From Spirogloea muscicola (Eukaryota), in contig WELB01000018.1 of the NCBI GenBank assembly GCA_009602725.1, positions 65,686 to 100,150 on the forward strand: a stretch of DNA of 34,465 nt, in the 5' to 3' direction. A model generated the notes under the pieces. It made no database searches, was not told the DNA's origin, and was given only the letters and a program-made list of their open reading frames with translations. This document shows, piece after piece, positions 1-10,868 of the stretch (position 1 is its first letter; each line of letters begins with the position of its first letter). The translations under genes and the position numbers were made by a program.

Positions 1-575
1 AGGTCAAGCCACTGGGACCCAAGAGCCCCGTGCACGTCCACCGCCAAGGGGACGAACTCGTCGGCAGGTGGGTGGTCGGAGTGCTTGGCCGCCTTGCAGC
101 GAGCGGCCTTCGTAGCAGCGTGGCCGGCCCGCGAGGCAGAGAGCCCCAGGTTGGAGCGGTCGACCACATCGGTGGTGACTACATCGGCTATGATCCGCGC
201 GCCACCTCCCGGCGTGGACGCCACCAGATCCACACGACGCGTATGGTGTCCGTCAGCCCTCTCGAGGATGGGCATGACCGAGGCGTTCTCCATCGCTACC
301 GTGTAGCCCGCCTCCTGAAAGATCCCGAACATAGCATCACGCAAGAGGTCGTGCGCAGCTGTTCGTTCGCCTCCAGTGGCGCAGCGGAGGAGATGCGCCG
401 CCAGCTCCGCCGGGTCCGTCGACCGCTCCCCACATTCGCACTGCAGCACGCCCAGCAGGCAGGGCGGGGGGAGGCCCAGCAGGCGATGCGTGGCCGTGCG
501 GAACAGCTCGTCCGGCAGCCTGAGCGCATCATACAGTGGGAGCGCAGAGAGCCAGGCTGCCGCGCCCTCCTTGGG
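1..575 (-). mobile_element. 5'-truncated CRE-like non-LTR retrotransposon ORF C-terminus (zinc knuckle + restriction-like endonuclease); runs off the window start
   Basis: Hand translation of the minus strand is open to base 1 and is not in the ORF track: EGAAAWLSALPLYDALRLPDELFRTATHRLLGLP..CECGERSTDPAELAAHLLRCATGGERTAAHDLLRD..RRVDLVASTPGGGARIIADVVTTD..GHAATKAARCKAAKHSDHPPADEFVPLAVDVHGALG. It has a CxC..HxxxC knuckle plus the RxD..DV..K..K RLE pattern and is homologous to copies at 800-1824 and 20960-21522. Confidence 0.85.
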
Positions 576-609
576 CAACAACGTGTGTTGGCGCCTCACA
601 TCAGTAACG

Positions 610-780
610 TGGTTCAGGAAAGAAGGCTCGCCCATAGAAAGAAAGAAGTGGCACTCCCAATGGGGGCAAGGGCTGCGAAAAGCCAGCCCAAAAAGAATTT
701 ACAAAGGTTCAGAGGGGCCTAAGAGCGGTGAGCAGCTACAAAGGGGCCTGAGGATGCAAAGAGAGGGGCTGGCAAAGCCT
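610..780 (-). mobile_element. 3' UTR remnant of the same retrotransposon family
   Basis: Minus strand reads ctttgtaaattctttttgggctggcttttcgcagccc..ctatgggcgagcc, matching the tails at 1960-2050 (-) and 21590-21660 (+). Confidence 0.65.
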
Positions 781-799
781 CAGGGGAGTCTGCCCTTCC

Positions 800-1935
800 A
801 AGTGACTCTTAAAGCATGCCAACAGGACCTCTTTGCCGCATACCCGCCTCTGGTAAATGAGCCTGTTAGTTTTGCTGCCTGGGCTGACGTTTCTGATGTC
901 AAGGCTCAATCGCGGTTTTCCCGTGCTGCAGACGAGCAACCACTGGAGCATCTCCGGAGTCTCCTCCAAGGAGATGCTCGAGGCCAGGCTCGGCTCCTAT
1001 CTGTTTCGTCTCTGGGAGCGTCTGAGTGGCTCCGCGCTTTGCCTTTGCATGCGGGCTTGCGGATGGAGAATGCTTTGTTTTGCGATGCTATGCGCCGCCG
1101 TCTTGGCTTGCCATTCCTGTGCTTGGCAGGGGTGACCCAATTTGAATGTGGGCTTATTGAGCATGATGCATTGCTTATGGGTGACCACATGCTCAGGTGT
1201 GCCAAAGGCAGTGAGCGCACGGGCTCCCACAACCTCCTACGTGACGCCATGTATGGCATCGTCAAGGAGGCGGGATATCAAGTGGCGTTGGAGAGCACTG
1301 GGGTGATGCCCATTTAACTCCGCAATGGGGTCCCTCGGACGGCGTGTCGATCTGGTTGGCGTCCCCCTGGGAGGTGGCAAGCGACTCCTCATGGACGTTG
1401 TCCTCACCGACAGCTTCCGGACAAAGGGCCCCATTACTTCTGAGACCGGCCATGCTGTGAAGGTGGCCGAACGGAAGAAGCTGCACAAGTACAAGGACCA
1501 CCCGGCGGGTGATACCTTTTACCCCCTGGTCATGGACATCCATGGGTGTTATGGGGGTCGGTGGTCCTCGTTACTTTCGCTGCTGGCCTCTCAAGCTGAC
1601 CAGCGGTGCCGGGAACAGGGTGCTGCCCTTCCCGGTGGCTCGGTGCCTTTGGGTCTTGTTTCCTGCTACCGCATGCGTCTTTCTATGTGCCTACAGCGGT
1701 CCCAGGCGATTGCTTTGCATCGCCGGGCTGGTCGCGCCCTTGCAGCAGCTTCTGGCTTGCGCAGCGGGTTGCTCTTCCTCCCCTCAGCTCATCTGACTTC
1801 CTACTGCTGACACGGGGGTATTGAGAGCGCCCTGTCTGCTTAGCCTTTGGCTCCGTCATGAACACCTGTATGCATCTGGCTGGCATTTCACAGCCGATTC
1901 TTTCATATCAGCAGCCGCTTTCTTCTTTCGTTCAT
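800..1935 (+). mobile_element. Degenerate 5'-truncated CRE-like RLE non-LTR retrotransposon (post-RT region, zinc knuckle, RLE, 3' UTR)
   Basis: ORFs 376..1317 (ARLLSVSSLGASEWLRALP..FCDAMRRRLGLP..FECG..GDHMLRCAKGSERTGSHNLLRD) and 1325..1810 (RRVDLV..LLMDVVLTD..AERKKLHKYKDHP..YRMRLSMCLQRSQA) are split by a TAA and frameshift at about 1315-1330. A second frameshift near 1780 restores the family end SDFLLLTRGY* at 1824. The first knuckle Cys is mutated to Phe. The 5' boundary is approximate. Confidence 0.85.
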
Positions 1936-1959
1936 AGCGGACCCGGGAGTGCAGTCAGT

Positions 1960-2365
1960 GAAGGGCTCGCCCATTGAGGATAGGGGCTGGAAAAGCCAGC
2001 CCAAAAAAGAATGAACAAAGCACGAGAAGGGGGGCCAGAGGAAGCGCTAAGAAAACAAAGCACACAAAGAAAGAAAGCAGCTGCAAATCACTCAGTAACC
2101 CCTGCTAAGCAGCCGCAAATCAGAGAGGCTAGGGTCCTGAAAGTGGGTCCCCTGGCCAGAGCCAGAGGCAGCAGCAAGAGCCCGGCCGGCACAAAGGTGC
2201 AGCGCACGGGCCATCGACCGCTGCAGCGAGACGGCCAGGCGCATGCGATACAAGTGCGCCAGCGACCCTGCTGCAGGGAAGTCTACAGGCTCCCCATGGA
2301 AGCGACGGGCGATGGTGCAGTCAGTGGGGCTCTGCATAAACCAGCTGAGCTCGCAACAGGCCGAC
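1960..2365 (-). mobile_element. Short 3' fragment of the CRE-like element (ORF end + 3' UTR)
   Basis: ORF 2092..2367 (-) ends GSLAHLYRMRLAVSLQRSMARALHLCAGRALAAASG..SDLRLLSRGY*, the same C-terminus as the other copies. It is followed by a pyrimidine-rich tail with the perfect hairpin GGGCTGG-CTTTT-CCAGCCC (1984-2002). Confidence 0.85.
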
Positions 2366-2430
2366 ACACCCCGTCGGCTGGCTGGCTTTCACAGCCGCTC
2401 TTTACATATCAGCAGCCGCATTCTTTAACG
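2365..2430 (+). mobile_element. Solo 3' UTR remnant (second tail subtype)
   Basis: ctggctggctttcacagccgctctttacatatcagcagccgc closely matches 1876-1918 (ctggctggcatttcacagccgattctttcatatcagcagccgc) and 22324-22365. Confidence 0.7.
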
Positions 2431-3416
2431 ATAACGACGAATAGGTGCCCACTGGACGAGCACGTCTTTGTCGGTGTCTCTCACAGCCACTGCTGTCGAT
2501 CCGGCAGCTCAGTTTCCTTTCGTCGCAAAGCCTTCGGCTGCCGTCCCCTGGCCGCCGCCGCCGCTCGCCGCCGATTGGCAAACAACGCTGCCGGCGCAGC
2601 TCCGGGCCCGCCGCCGCTGGCGGCACGGCCAGGCACAGCGCTCGCGCGACCAGCCGGCGGCAGCGCCCTGCCGCCGTGTGCCCTTCGGGTGCGGCCCTCA
2701 GGCCCAGGCGCGCGTAGACGACTGCTCCGCATGCTCATCAATGGCGGCGCAGGCGCGCTCAGACGGCGCCTCGGAGCAGCAGCCGCCAGAGATTTTCTCC
2801 AGCGCGTGCAACCTGCCGGCAATGGCGGGAGCATCCCAGTCGTGGCACACGGCAGCCGCCAGGGGCCACGCTGCTGGAAGTCAGTGTTGGCTGGCTGTAC
2901 GTCCTCAGGTAGTCAAGGCCTCCGACCAGGGCAAGGGTGCTATGGGTCGCCGTGATCACTTGCAGCATGCTTTGCCCTGCCGGACGCTGGAGACTGTGGA
3001 GCTGATCTGCACGTGAACGGAACCAAGTGTCAGAGGGTTTGGGACGTACATGAGACTCAGTATCTCTGCAGCAAGTCTGGCAGTCATTGTCATTTTTGTC
3101 ACCTGAGGATGTGACAAACGTGGGAAGCTGCAGCTCTTCGCAGACGGCGTGCCTCTTGCGATCTAGGGGGTGGGAAGACAGTGGCCAGTGCAGCAAGTAC
3201 TGGAGAGGCTTCCACTCAAAAGTCAGTCAATGCACCTTCCAGCACTCTTGCAGCTTGGAAACTCTAACTTTGGCTGTCAGAAGTCTCGGCGCTGACTGAA
3301 GATGCCAGCCTGTTTACACTTTCTGCAACTGAGCTGCGGTGTTCAGACGATTTCTACTTGTGTAGAATGTTGTTTTCGTTGACTTGAAAGCAAACTTCTT
3401 GCCACTGATTTGGCAG

Positions 3417-5150
3417 GCCACCTAGGAGGCGGAGGAGGTTGGATGAAGTCTGTATGGAGCGATTTCCAGAGTACAGTCGCTCGACAATCCAGTCATGGAT
3501 AGTCCAAGGTGAGAGAGGTCCAATTTGCTACATGCTCGCTTCGCTGCTAATGCAGAACGTCAGTCAGCTTAGCATACTTCGCTAATCAGCACTTAGATTG
3601 GTGCACAAAACTGCAGTGACAATGTAGGATGTGCTTCCTTGATGTACTATGAAATTGTCAGCAATGAGAACCTTTATGGAGCATCATCGCTACTTGCAGG
3701 CAAAGTGCTCGTGGGAGATAAGCCTGCTGTGAAGTCAGGCACAATGACTGCTGATGATGCCCAGATAAGGATCACAGCAGAGGTACCCAGATTTGTGTGC
3801 AGGTGAGACGTATTCATATAGTGAATGGCTGCATGCTTTCAATGAGCAGTGGATTCATTACAAGTTTGCTAGATGTGCTGCCTATGGACCCTAGCACAAC
3901 CTTTGGCATTGGCTCGACAGATGTTCATCTGATTGTGCTGCTGACTCTTTGCAGGGCAGGGTACAAGCTTGAGGGCGCACTCGAGCATTTCAGAGTTGAC
4001 GTCACAGACAAGGTGGCCCTAGATGCTGGGCTGTCAACCGGCGGCTTCACAGACTGCTTGCTACAGCGTGGGGCCCTCAGAGTGTACGGTGTAGACGTGG
4101 GGTATGGCCAGGTCAATGTTCATCAACTTGCCTCGTTTCAGACTTGAGTTGCGCACTGTAGTAGCATGGACCAAGTGGCCTTCTAGTGGTGGAGACCTTT
4201 GACCTGCTTCCTGAATCTTACAAGAGGAAGGAAATGTCAATGTGCTTGACAGGTGAGTGAGAAGATCAGAACAGACAAGAGGGTGGTAGTCATGGAGCGA
4301 ACCAATCTACGCCATCTTCCTGGCTTGCCGGAGCCAGTTGACATCGTCACGCTCGACCTCTCTTTCATCTCCATTCTCCTTGTGAGAAACTTGCTTCATC
4401 TTTTGTTCTGAGGTGACAAGTGATTTGAGTTGCTCTATAAGCATGCACACATATAATTGCTGAGCTGGTGGTCAGTCAACAATCTGGGAAGTTGTAGGGA
4501 CTGAGTGGACTGACCCCATCGTAGTTCGGAATCTTCCTTACCACGGTGTTTGAGCTCCTTTGATGAGTGCATAGCAATGACCGAGCTTGAAGCAGGTCCT
4601 TCCAGCTGTGTGCTCTGTCATGAAGACGAAGGCAGAGCTCATCACACTCATCAAACCTCAGTTTGAAGCTCGGCGAGAGCAGGTTCTGCGCTCCTCTCAA
4701 CAGCTTCACACAATGGCCTTCCGAGTACTTGCGCTGATTTGGCTGCGGTGACAAGATGGGAGAGTGTCTCTTGGCCTTCTCCCTTACTATGTGACTTAGT
4801 TGCTGCCGGAAGCTGTTCTGCTGATGTACAAGTTGCTTTCTGATTTGCAGGTCGGAGGGGGGGGCATTGTGCGTGATGCACAGGTCCACAGCCAGGTGAG
4901 CCAGAGTTGGCATTCTCGGCCAACAGTGTTGACTTGCTTAATACAGATCCTGCATGCAGTGTCCTTCTTAAGTGCAGCTTCCTGGCTGGGAGCATCCCCT
5001 TGCTCAACAGCATTGCGCCTGCTGCAGGTTGTAGAGAAGATCGTCAGCGGGGTTGAGAGCTTGGGACTCCAGTGCCACGGCTGGATCCCTTCCCCGTTGA
5101 AAGGCACCGATGGCAACCAAGAATTTCTGGCTTACTTTTCAAGACAGTAA
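3417..5150 (+). CDS. tlyA: TlyA-like (hemolysin A family) S4 + FtsJ-type rRNA 2'-O-methyltransferase, probably organellar; 5' exons uncertain (possible ATG 2741 or 2822, possible exon about 3072-3196)
   Basis: Exons 3417-3508, 3700-3802, 3955-4111, 4253-4381, 4596-4682, 4851-4895, 5028-5150 are all GT-AG and phase-consistent. They give [111 protein letters not shown], which are TlyA family motifs. Confidence 0.92.
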
Positions 5151-5961
5151 AATGTCATCATGCTTTGCATTGCTGCATTCTCACTGTCTCTTGGGCAGCA
5201 GAGTGCCCATTCTGAGTTCCTGATTAATACACAGTGCGCCCTTGCAATGCGGCCGCACGTGCTAGAGCCACTACACACTGGAACTTCTCCTCACCATTGG
5301 CAAGGAGACATGGGCAGGTAGGCTGCAATAAGCTGAGCTCACAGCTCTGACGCAAGGTTACAAGCAGCTGGAGTCACAAGCTCCTACTTGAAAAGCGAAG
5401 ATTCGAACACATGCAGGACCTTTCATGTAAAAGAGAGCATCAAGCAAGGGAAGTGACTCGGTGGCCATGTACATCGCGTGCTGTCATCAGGCTAGGCGAG
5501 GTCTGGCGGAGTCCGCATGGTGCACTGTCAGCCAAAACCCTCAAGCTCTTGAACGTCAACTCCTAGAACCCAAAACAAGGTGGCGACGAATACGATGTGC
5601 ATCATGCGAAGTCAAGTTCTACAGTACATTGTTCTTCTGGGTGGTGCACACGGGCATCATGGCACGGCCAAATTGCAGTCAGCATCCTCTTCCTGGACAG
5701 CAGGACAGTCCCTCGGAGCTCCTGCAGTGTCGCCATCGGGATCTCAGCCTCCGGCTGTTGGAGTGGCTTTGGGACGTCAGCATTGCCAGCTGAGGCAGCA
5801 CGGAGGGCGCTGCAAGAGCGGCGGCAGTGGCAGCTGCAGGACGGCATTGGCGAGACGGACGCAGCAGGCGCACTTGCGCCGCAAAGCACCTGCACGAAGC
5901 CGTAGCACAGTGGCATATTGACCATCCGGCTGGGACAAGCGGCAACGGATTGACAGTGGCG

Positions 5962-8900
5962 ATGGCTGGCGGTGCAGCCGGGCGTCGCCTGGCCGCAGTC
6001 GCTTCCCACATCGTCGCAGCGCCACAGCCGGCCTCCTCTACTGCGGCCGACGTCGGAGATGGGGACGCCGGGCCTTGCCGCTGCGACGAGTCTGCCACCG
6101 CCCTGGTCACGCCTGAGCCTCGGCATGGGCACCCGGCGGTGCTCATCGGTGCGGCGGTGTTCGACGTCCAGGCGGCGCCCGTCGCGGGCGCGGAGCTGCG
6201 CGCAGGCACGACGACTCCCGGCACCGTGAGCCACTGCCGCAAAGCAGCTCAGCTGCTGTGCAGAGCCACCATCCTGGCTGGCTGCGGCTACTGGCGACAT
6301 TTGTTGCCGCCATGAGGTGCTCACGCGCTCGGGTGGGCCGGCCCGCCACTGTGCTGGGCGCCCAGGTGGCGTGCTTGCATGGCGGCGTGGCACGCAACAT
6401 CGCCGAGTGCATGGCCCTGATGGGCACAACACCGCCGCTGCTCGTGTCTATTGTTGGCCTCGACGCCTTCGGTGCAGTGGCCTGCTCCTCTCCTGAAGTC
6501 TTCCTGAGTCCTCAGCTCTAACCCGTAGCCTCAGTTCCTCTTTCGTTCAAGGGCCTGCATCTGGCAGCTCTGCAGCAAGTGATCCATTGTTTGGGGGCAT
6601 GCCGAGAGGAGAGGCCTGGTGATTGTGTGTGCAGCTTTTACACACCCTGAGGCTTGTGGCTTAGACCTGCTTGCCACCATCCTGCAGGCTATGCGCTGCT
6701 CGCTCATCTGGAGAGCCTGGGCATGCCCACTCGCGGTGTGCCCTTCACCTCTTGCATAGTCAAGGCTCAGCAATTGTCTACTGCTCCTTGCATTGCAGCA
6801 GCTCAAGGTACGCTGTTAGCTAGTGTTGCTTGTGGGTGAACCTTTCAGTGACTAGGCTCACTACTACAACAACCAGTTCCATTTTCGCGCTGTTGGGCAG
6901 GGATAAAGAGATGCCGAGGAGTGTCGACGCCGGTGGTAACAGCAATTATCGGCAAGGGCGGGGACATCATGGCCGGCGTGGCTGACACGCGGGCAGTGGT
7001 CTGTGCGTTCTTTCTCCCTTGCTGCTGTGTCTGCTAGACGCCACAGCTGTCTTCTCATAGACAATGTTGATGCCATGAAGCTGTGTGCCTGCGTAACGTG
7101 GAGCAGCGTACTTGCGGCAGCCAGCGACTCTGTACTTACGATGATGACTGCAGGCCAACAACTTTGCCTGATACCAGCTCGACTGAGCTGGATGCTCTGT
7201 GACTTTGCGCAGGAGTCGGAGCTAACGTCTGCATGGGTGCACAACTTCCGGCACGACATTGAAGCTGCTCCAGTGGTGATGGTGGACGCCAACCTCTTAC
7301 CTTCCGTGCTGGAGACAGTCTGCAACAGTACGCAAGACCATCACCCCCCTCTGTCAGCAGCGTATTTCCTCATCAACACATTCTCGCACCTCTCAAATGC
7401 AACGGTGTAAGCTGGGGTCTTAGGCTCGGCAAGTGCAACTCCTTCTCTGCCCATACATCTGGCCATATTGCATCGCAGTGGCTGCGCGTGGCAAGACGCC
7501 GGTGTGGTTCGAGCCGGTGTCTGTGGCCAAGGCAGTCAGGGCTGCATCCATCCTCCATCAGGTGAGGAAGGTGGCGGTCTAAGTTATGCTCTTGCGTGTC
7601 CAGCCAAGGTGTGACAAACTTGAGAACCTGCAGTACAGTACCTGTGCAGCTGCATCTCTGATTTGCGTCCTTTTACGGGGAAGCCCTCCAGAAGATGGTC
7701 CCACTGCTGCAGCGTTCACATATGTCCGTAGGAAACCCAAACAACATATGTGCTCTGATAGTCATATCAAGAGCGCGCTGTTTCTTTCGACCCTGAGTCA
7801 CGCACGTAGCTACACCCACTTAACTTGCAGTGCCATGTCTGTCCTATTGACTTCTTCGAGCACAACGTCTGCACTTCCTTCAGGTGTCCTTCGTCTCTCC
7901 CAGCCAGGCGGAGCTGGTGGCCATGGCACAAGCCTTGCAGCAACCGGAGCTGCGGACTCCGTTGCCCTCTTTGACATCCCCATCAGCCGTATTCCCAACT
8001 GCGGCAGCTCATGCTGAGGCCCTGGAGCCTTACATCCGAGCACTCTTAGTCAGGGGCGTGACATACGTGGTCACCACCATGGGAGCCGGTGGTGCACTCC
8101 TGAGCTACCTGCGCACTTCATGTACCAAAGGCTGCCTTCTGACTAGGCAAAGAGAAGAGGCTGCTAGCAAAGCATCACAGATTGGAGCAGGCGGCCTCAA
8201 GGAGTTGCAGTCTCGGTCAGCATGCTGTGACAGCAACACAAAGGCAGCTGGTGGCAACACCCCGCTGTGCGATTGCAGAGGCACAGGCGATCGTGGCACA
8301 GCAGATGTGGCTGCAGGACGTCATAGGTGCGCCCCAGCACAGGCTTCTGACAGGATCCAAGGATGCATAGGTGTCACCCCGCCTGCTGGTGCAGTTGGCA
8401 GCCACTCCATGAACTGCACTCGCAACCCAGGAGATCGTCATCCTCCTGCTAGTGGAGAAGAACTCGCACTGGATAGCAACCAGGCAGCGGTGCCGTGTCC
8501 ACAGCAACTGCAGAGGCCGAGCTTCCCCAACGTGTTGCAGCGTGGTAGGGGACCTGAGTCTCAGGAGATTGAGCACCGCCACTTCCCAGCCATTCAGGCT
8601 AAAGTGGTGAGAGTGGTTGGGGCAGGGGACAGCCTGGTTGCTGGGGCCCTCACAGCTCTCGTGGAAGGGGGGAGCATCATAGGAGCCATGGCATATGGGT
8701 TGGCGGCCGCTGCGAAGACAATAGGCAGCCAACACAATGTCCCATCCTTAGCGTCGTTGGAGGAGCTTCGAGGTAAGTTTGGGCGCTGCCCACAGCAGCT
8801 TGTGTGCTACTTTACCATGCATGCAGTGGCAGGTGCAACCATTAGTCCATTTTCGGTGGATTTTAGGATCCTGTTCTGCGAGTGTCACTTGCATTGTGTT

Positions 8901-9070
8901 AGTCCTTTGTGTTAGCCGTAATCGAATCTCTTGACAGTCAGTAACAGTTTCTGACATTAACTTGCTTGTTCCTGGAGCGATGTGCAGATGCCAGCAGAGA
9001 AGCTGCTGCATCCTCTTACATCATAAGAATCCCATCACCACCAAGCTCCTCGCATGTACAACGCAATTAA
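5962..9070 (+). CDS. PUKI: PfkB-family pseudouridine kinase (PUKI/PsuK-like) with N-terminal PTS2
   Basis: Exons 5962-6225, 6366-6471, 6688-6735, 6901-6998, 7213-7327, 7479-7561, 7884-8772, 8988-9070. Motifs include VLIGAAVFDVQA..GTTTPG, GGVARNIAEC, VMVDANL, VWFEPVSVAK, VSPSQAEL and HFPAI..VVGAGDSLVAG (PfkB anion hole). The last exon is less certain. Confidence 0.88.
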
Positions 9071-10367
9071 GACTTCAGTGCTGGACTCTTTAGCAAGGCT
9101 TGCAAATTTAGATGTACATTCTCAACACTGAATAAGAACCATCTTTAGTGGGTGTCTGTTTCACCACAAACTTTTCAGAAGTACAGCACATGCACACGTT
9201 GGATAAGTCATTGTGCCCAACACATGAAGGGTGGAGTAGCACAAGGCTAGGGCCAGAAAGTGTCAATTCTGCACTCTTTGGGTCGCTTGTGATCAAAGAC
9301 AAGTCAGATTAATGATCATGCCGAGTTGGCAACATCATAAAAATATTATGTAACGACAGTTGACAGAAGCGAGACAACTTGAAAGAGTAGTATCAGCTTG
9401 ACTGCAAAAGAGACCACCACGATAAAATACAAGCACACCTGCAACACATGCAGAGTGGTGGACATCTATACTAAAATGTTGGTGAAGGAGACCTTCATGG
9501 AGCATGTAGAGACACAAACGTCACAGCGGCCATTCATGAACGTACCATGCACCACGACCTGGGCTGCCTGACTACAGAAACGACCTGGCGGATGGAAGAA
9601 GCAGACTTTGCAGCTTGCTCAATCAATACTGGTCACCTTTGGGCGTCACGAATCGATAGACGCAATCAAAGACTGCTAAGAAATTTTCGCAAAGTCTGTT
9701 TGAATGGCTACAGCCATCCACACATCAAATCTGCAAAGCATGGTCTAGGACTGTATATCAAGGCGCAAGGGTCACAAGCACCAAGAGCAAGATACATCAT
9801 TGCTCTGATTGCTGAGCTATTGTCAGCATAGTTGAATGGCAAGAGATGGCATGAGCTGCCCAATAAGAGCCTTGACGAGGCTGATGAGATGCACGCTCCT
9901 GCAGATGCAATGAGCCGGGAGTCCAGGGCCCACCTGCGGCGGCCATTGTCGTTTGCAACTTGTAACACCTTCAGAGGCAGGCTGCGATGTTCAATGAGGT
10001 GGTGTGCCTTTGCTGCCACCCTCATGGACTTGGCCTTTCGGCCAGCCTTCGCCAGCTCGCCAGTGATGCTTGCGGATCACGACATACGGGGCGTCCAGTC
10101 TGTGTTGCTCAAGTGACAGTGTTCAATGAACAACGTTCATCCCCCCTAGCTGACAACCTTAGCCGGCCCTGGCCCCGCACGGGTGGCCTCGCCAACAACT
10201 GCTTGTCCTCGCTAGGCAGCTCTCTCCTCTGAGAAGCATCTGTGACCAAGTCGCTACCAGCAGCCCTTGCCTGCATTCCTTGGCTCCTCGTCGCTGTCAT
10301 CGTCATAGTCATACCCCCGCCGCCCTCCCATTGAGAGGTGAGTCTCCGAGCTCGTCAGTGCTTCCGC

Positions 10368-10368
10368 T

Positions 10369-10400
<32 letters not shown>

Positions 10401-10589
10401 ATGAACCTCGTAGTCGGCGAGCGTTATGTGGTCCTTGTAGATGGTGTACCACTTCTGGATGCGGATCTTCTCGGGCCGCGTGCCGGTCTGCGCCGCCACG
10501 AGCTTCTTGAGGTCGCCGATTGTGTCGTCCTCGTTGCACTTGACGCGGACCTTCTTGCCGAGCCGGTCGTTCAGCACCACCTCGATCAT
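10368..10589 (-). CDS. UBL5: Ubiquitin-like protein 5 (Hub1), intronless CDS, 73 aa
   Basis: [73 protein letters not shown] is the canonical plant UBL5 sequence with the C-terminal di-tyrosine. Confidence 0.98.
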
Positions 10590-10868
10590 CGCGGCGGCGG
10601 CGGCGGCGGCNGGCGGCGATGAAGGAGTTTAGGGTTGGCCGAGTTGAGCTGACCGACGGAGTGCAGAAGGGCCGTTTCATTGGCGGCTCTGACGGCTGGC
10701 TAACGGGCAGCGCAAGAGGTCAGTGTCCCTTAAACCCTGGCTCCGCGCAGGCGGCCTTCCACAAGCGCCAGGGTCTAAGATCCCCCCGTTCCCCTCATTC
10801 TGCCTCCTCGCCCCCCTGCCGCCAGCGGCAGCCGCCGTTGCTTGGCGGCGGCGGCCGCGGGGGGCGCC
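10590..10868. promoter_or_regulatory. Putative compact bidirectional promoter shared by UBL5 and NAT10, with two telo-box-like motifs
   Basis: Only about 279 bp separate the divergent ATGs. TTTAGGGTT at 10628-10636 reads AACCCTAAA on the UBL5 strand, and TAAACCCT at 10731-10738 lies on the NAT10 strand. Confidence 0.65.
10591..10618. repeat. (GCG)n / (CGC)n microsatellite immediately upstream of the UBL5 ATG, with a single N at 10611
   Basis: gcggcggcggcggcggcggcnggcggcg is seen directly. The N suggests an assembly join or a length-polymorphic tract. Confidence 0.85.

Noticed and set aside
2011..2955. 314-aa plus-strand ORF
   Set aside because: It is an antisense read-through of a TE fragment fused to the GC-rich tlyA 5' region, with no coherent protein features.
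5602..5910. Minus-strand ORF segment (MPSCSCHCRRSCSALRAASAG...) divergent from PUKI
   Set aside because: It has no recognisable domain or supporting exon chain, and it overlaps the GC-rich PUKI promoter region where long ORFs arise by chance.
7141..7186. ATGATGA...CTGA in PUKI intron 4
   Set aside because: It spans only about 45 nt, with no terminal stem or recognisable rRNA antisense element.
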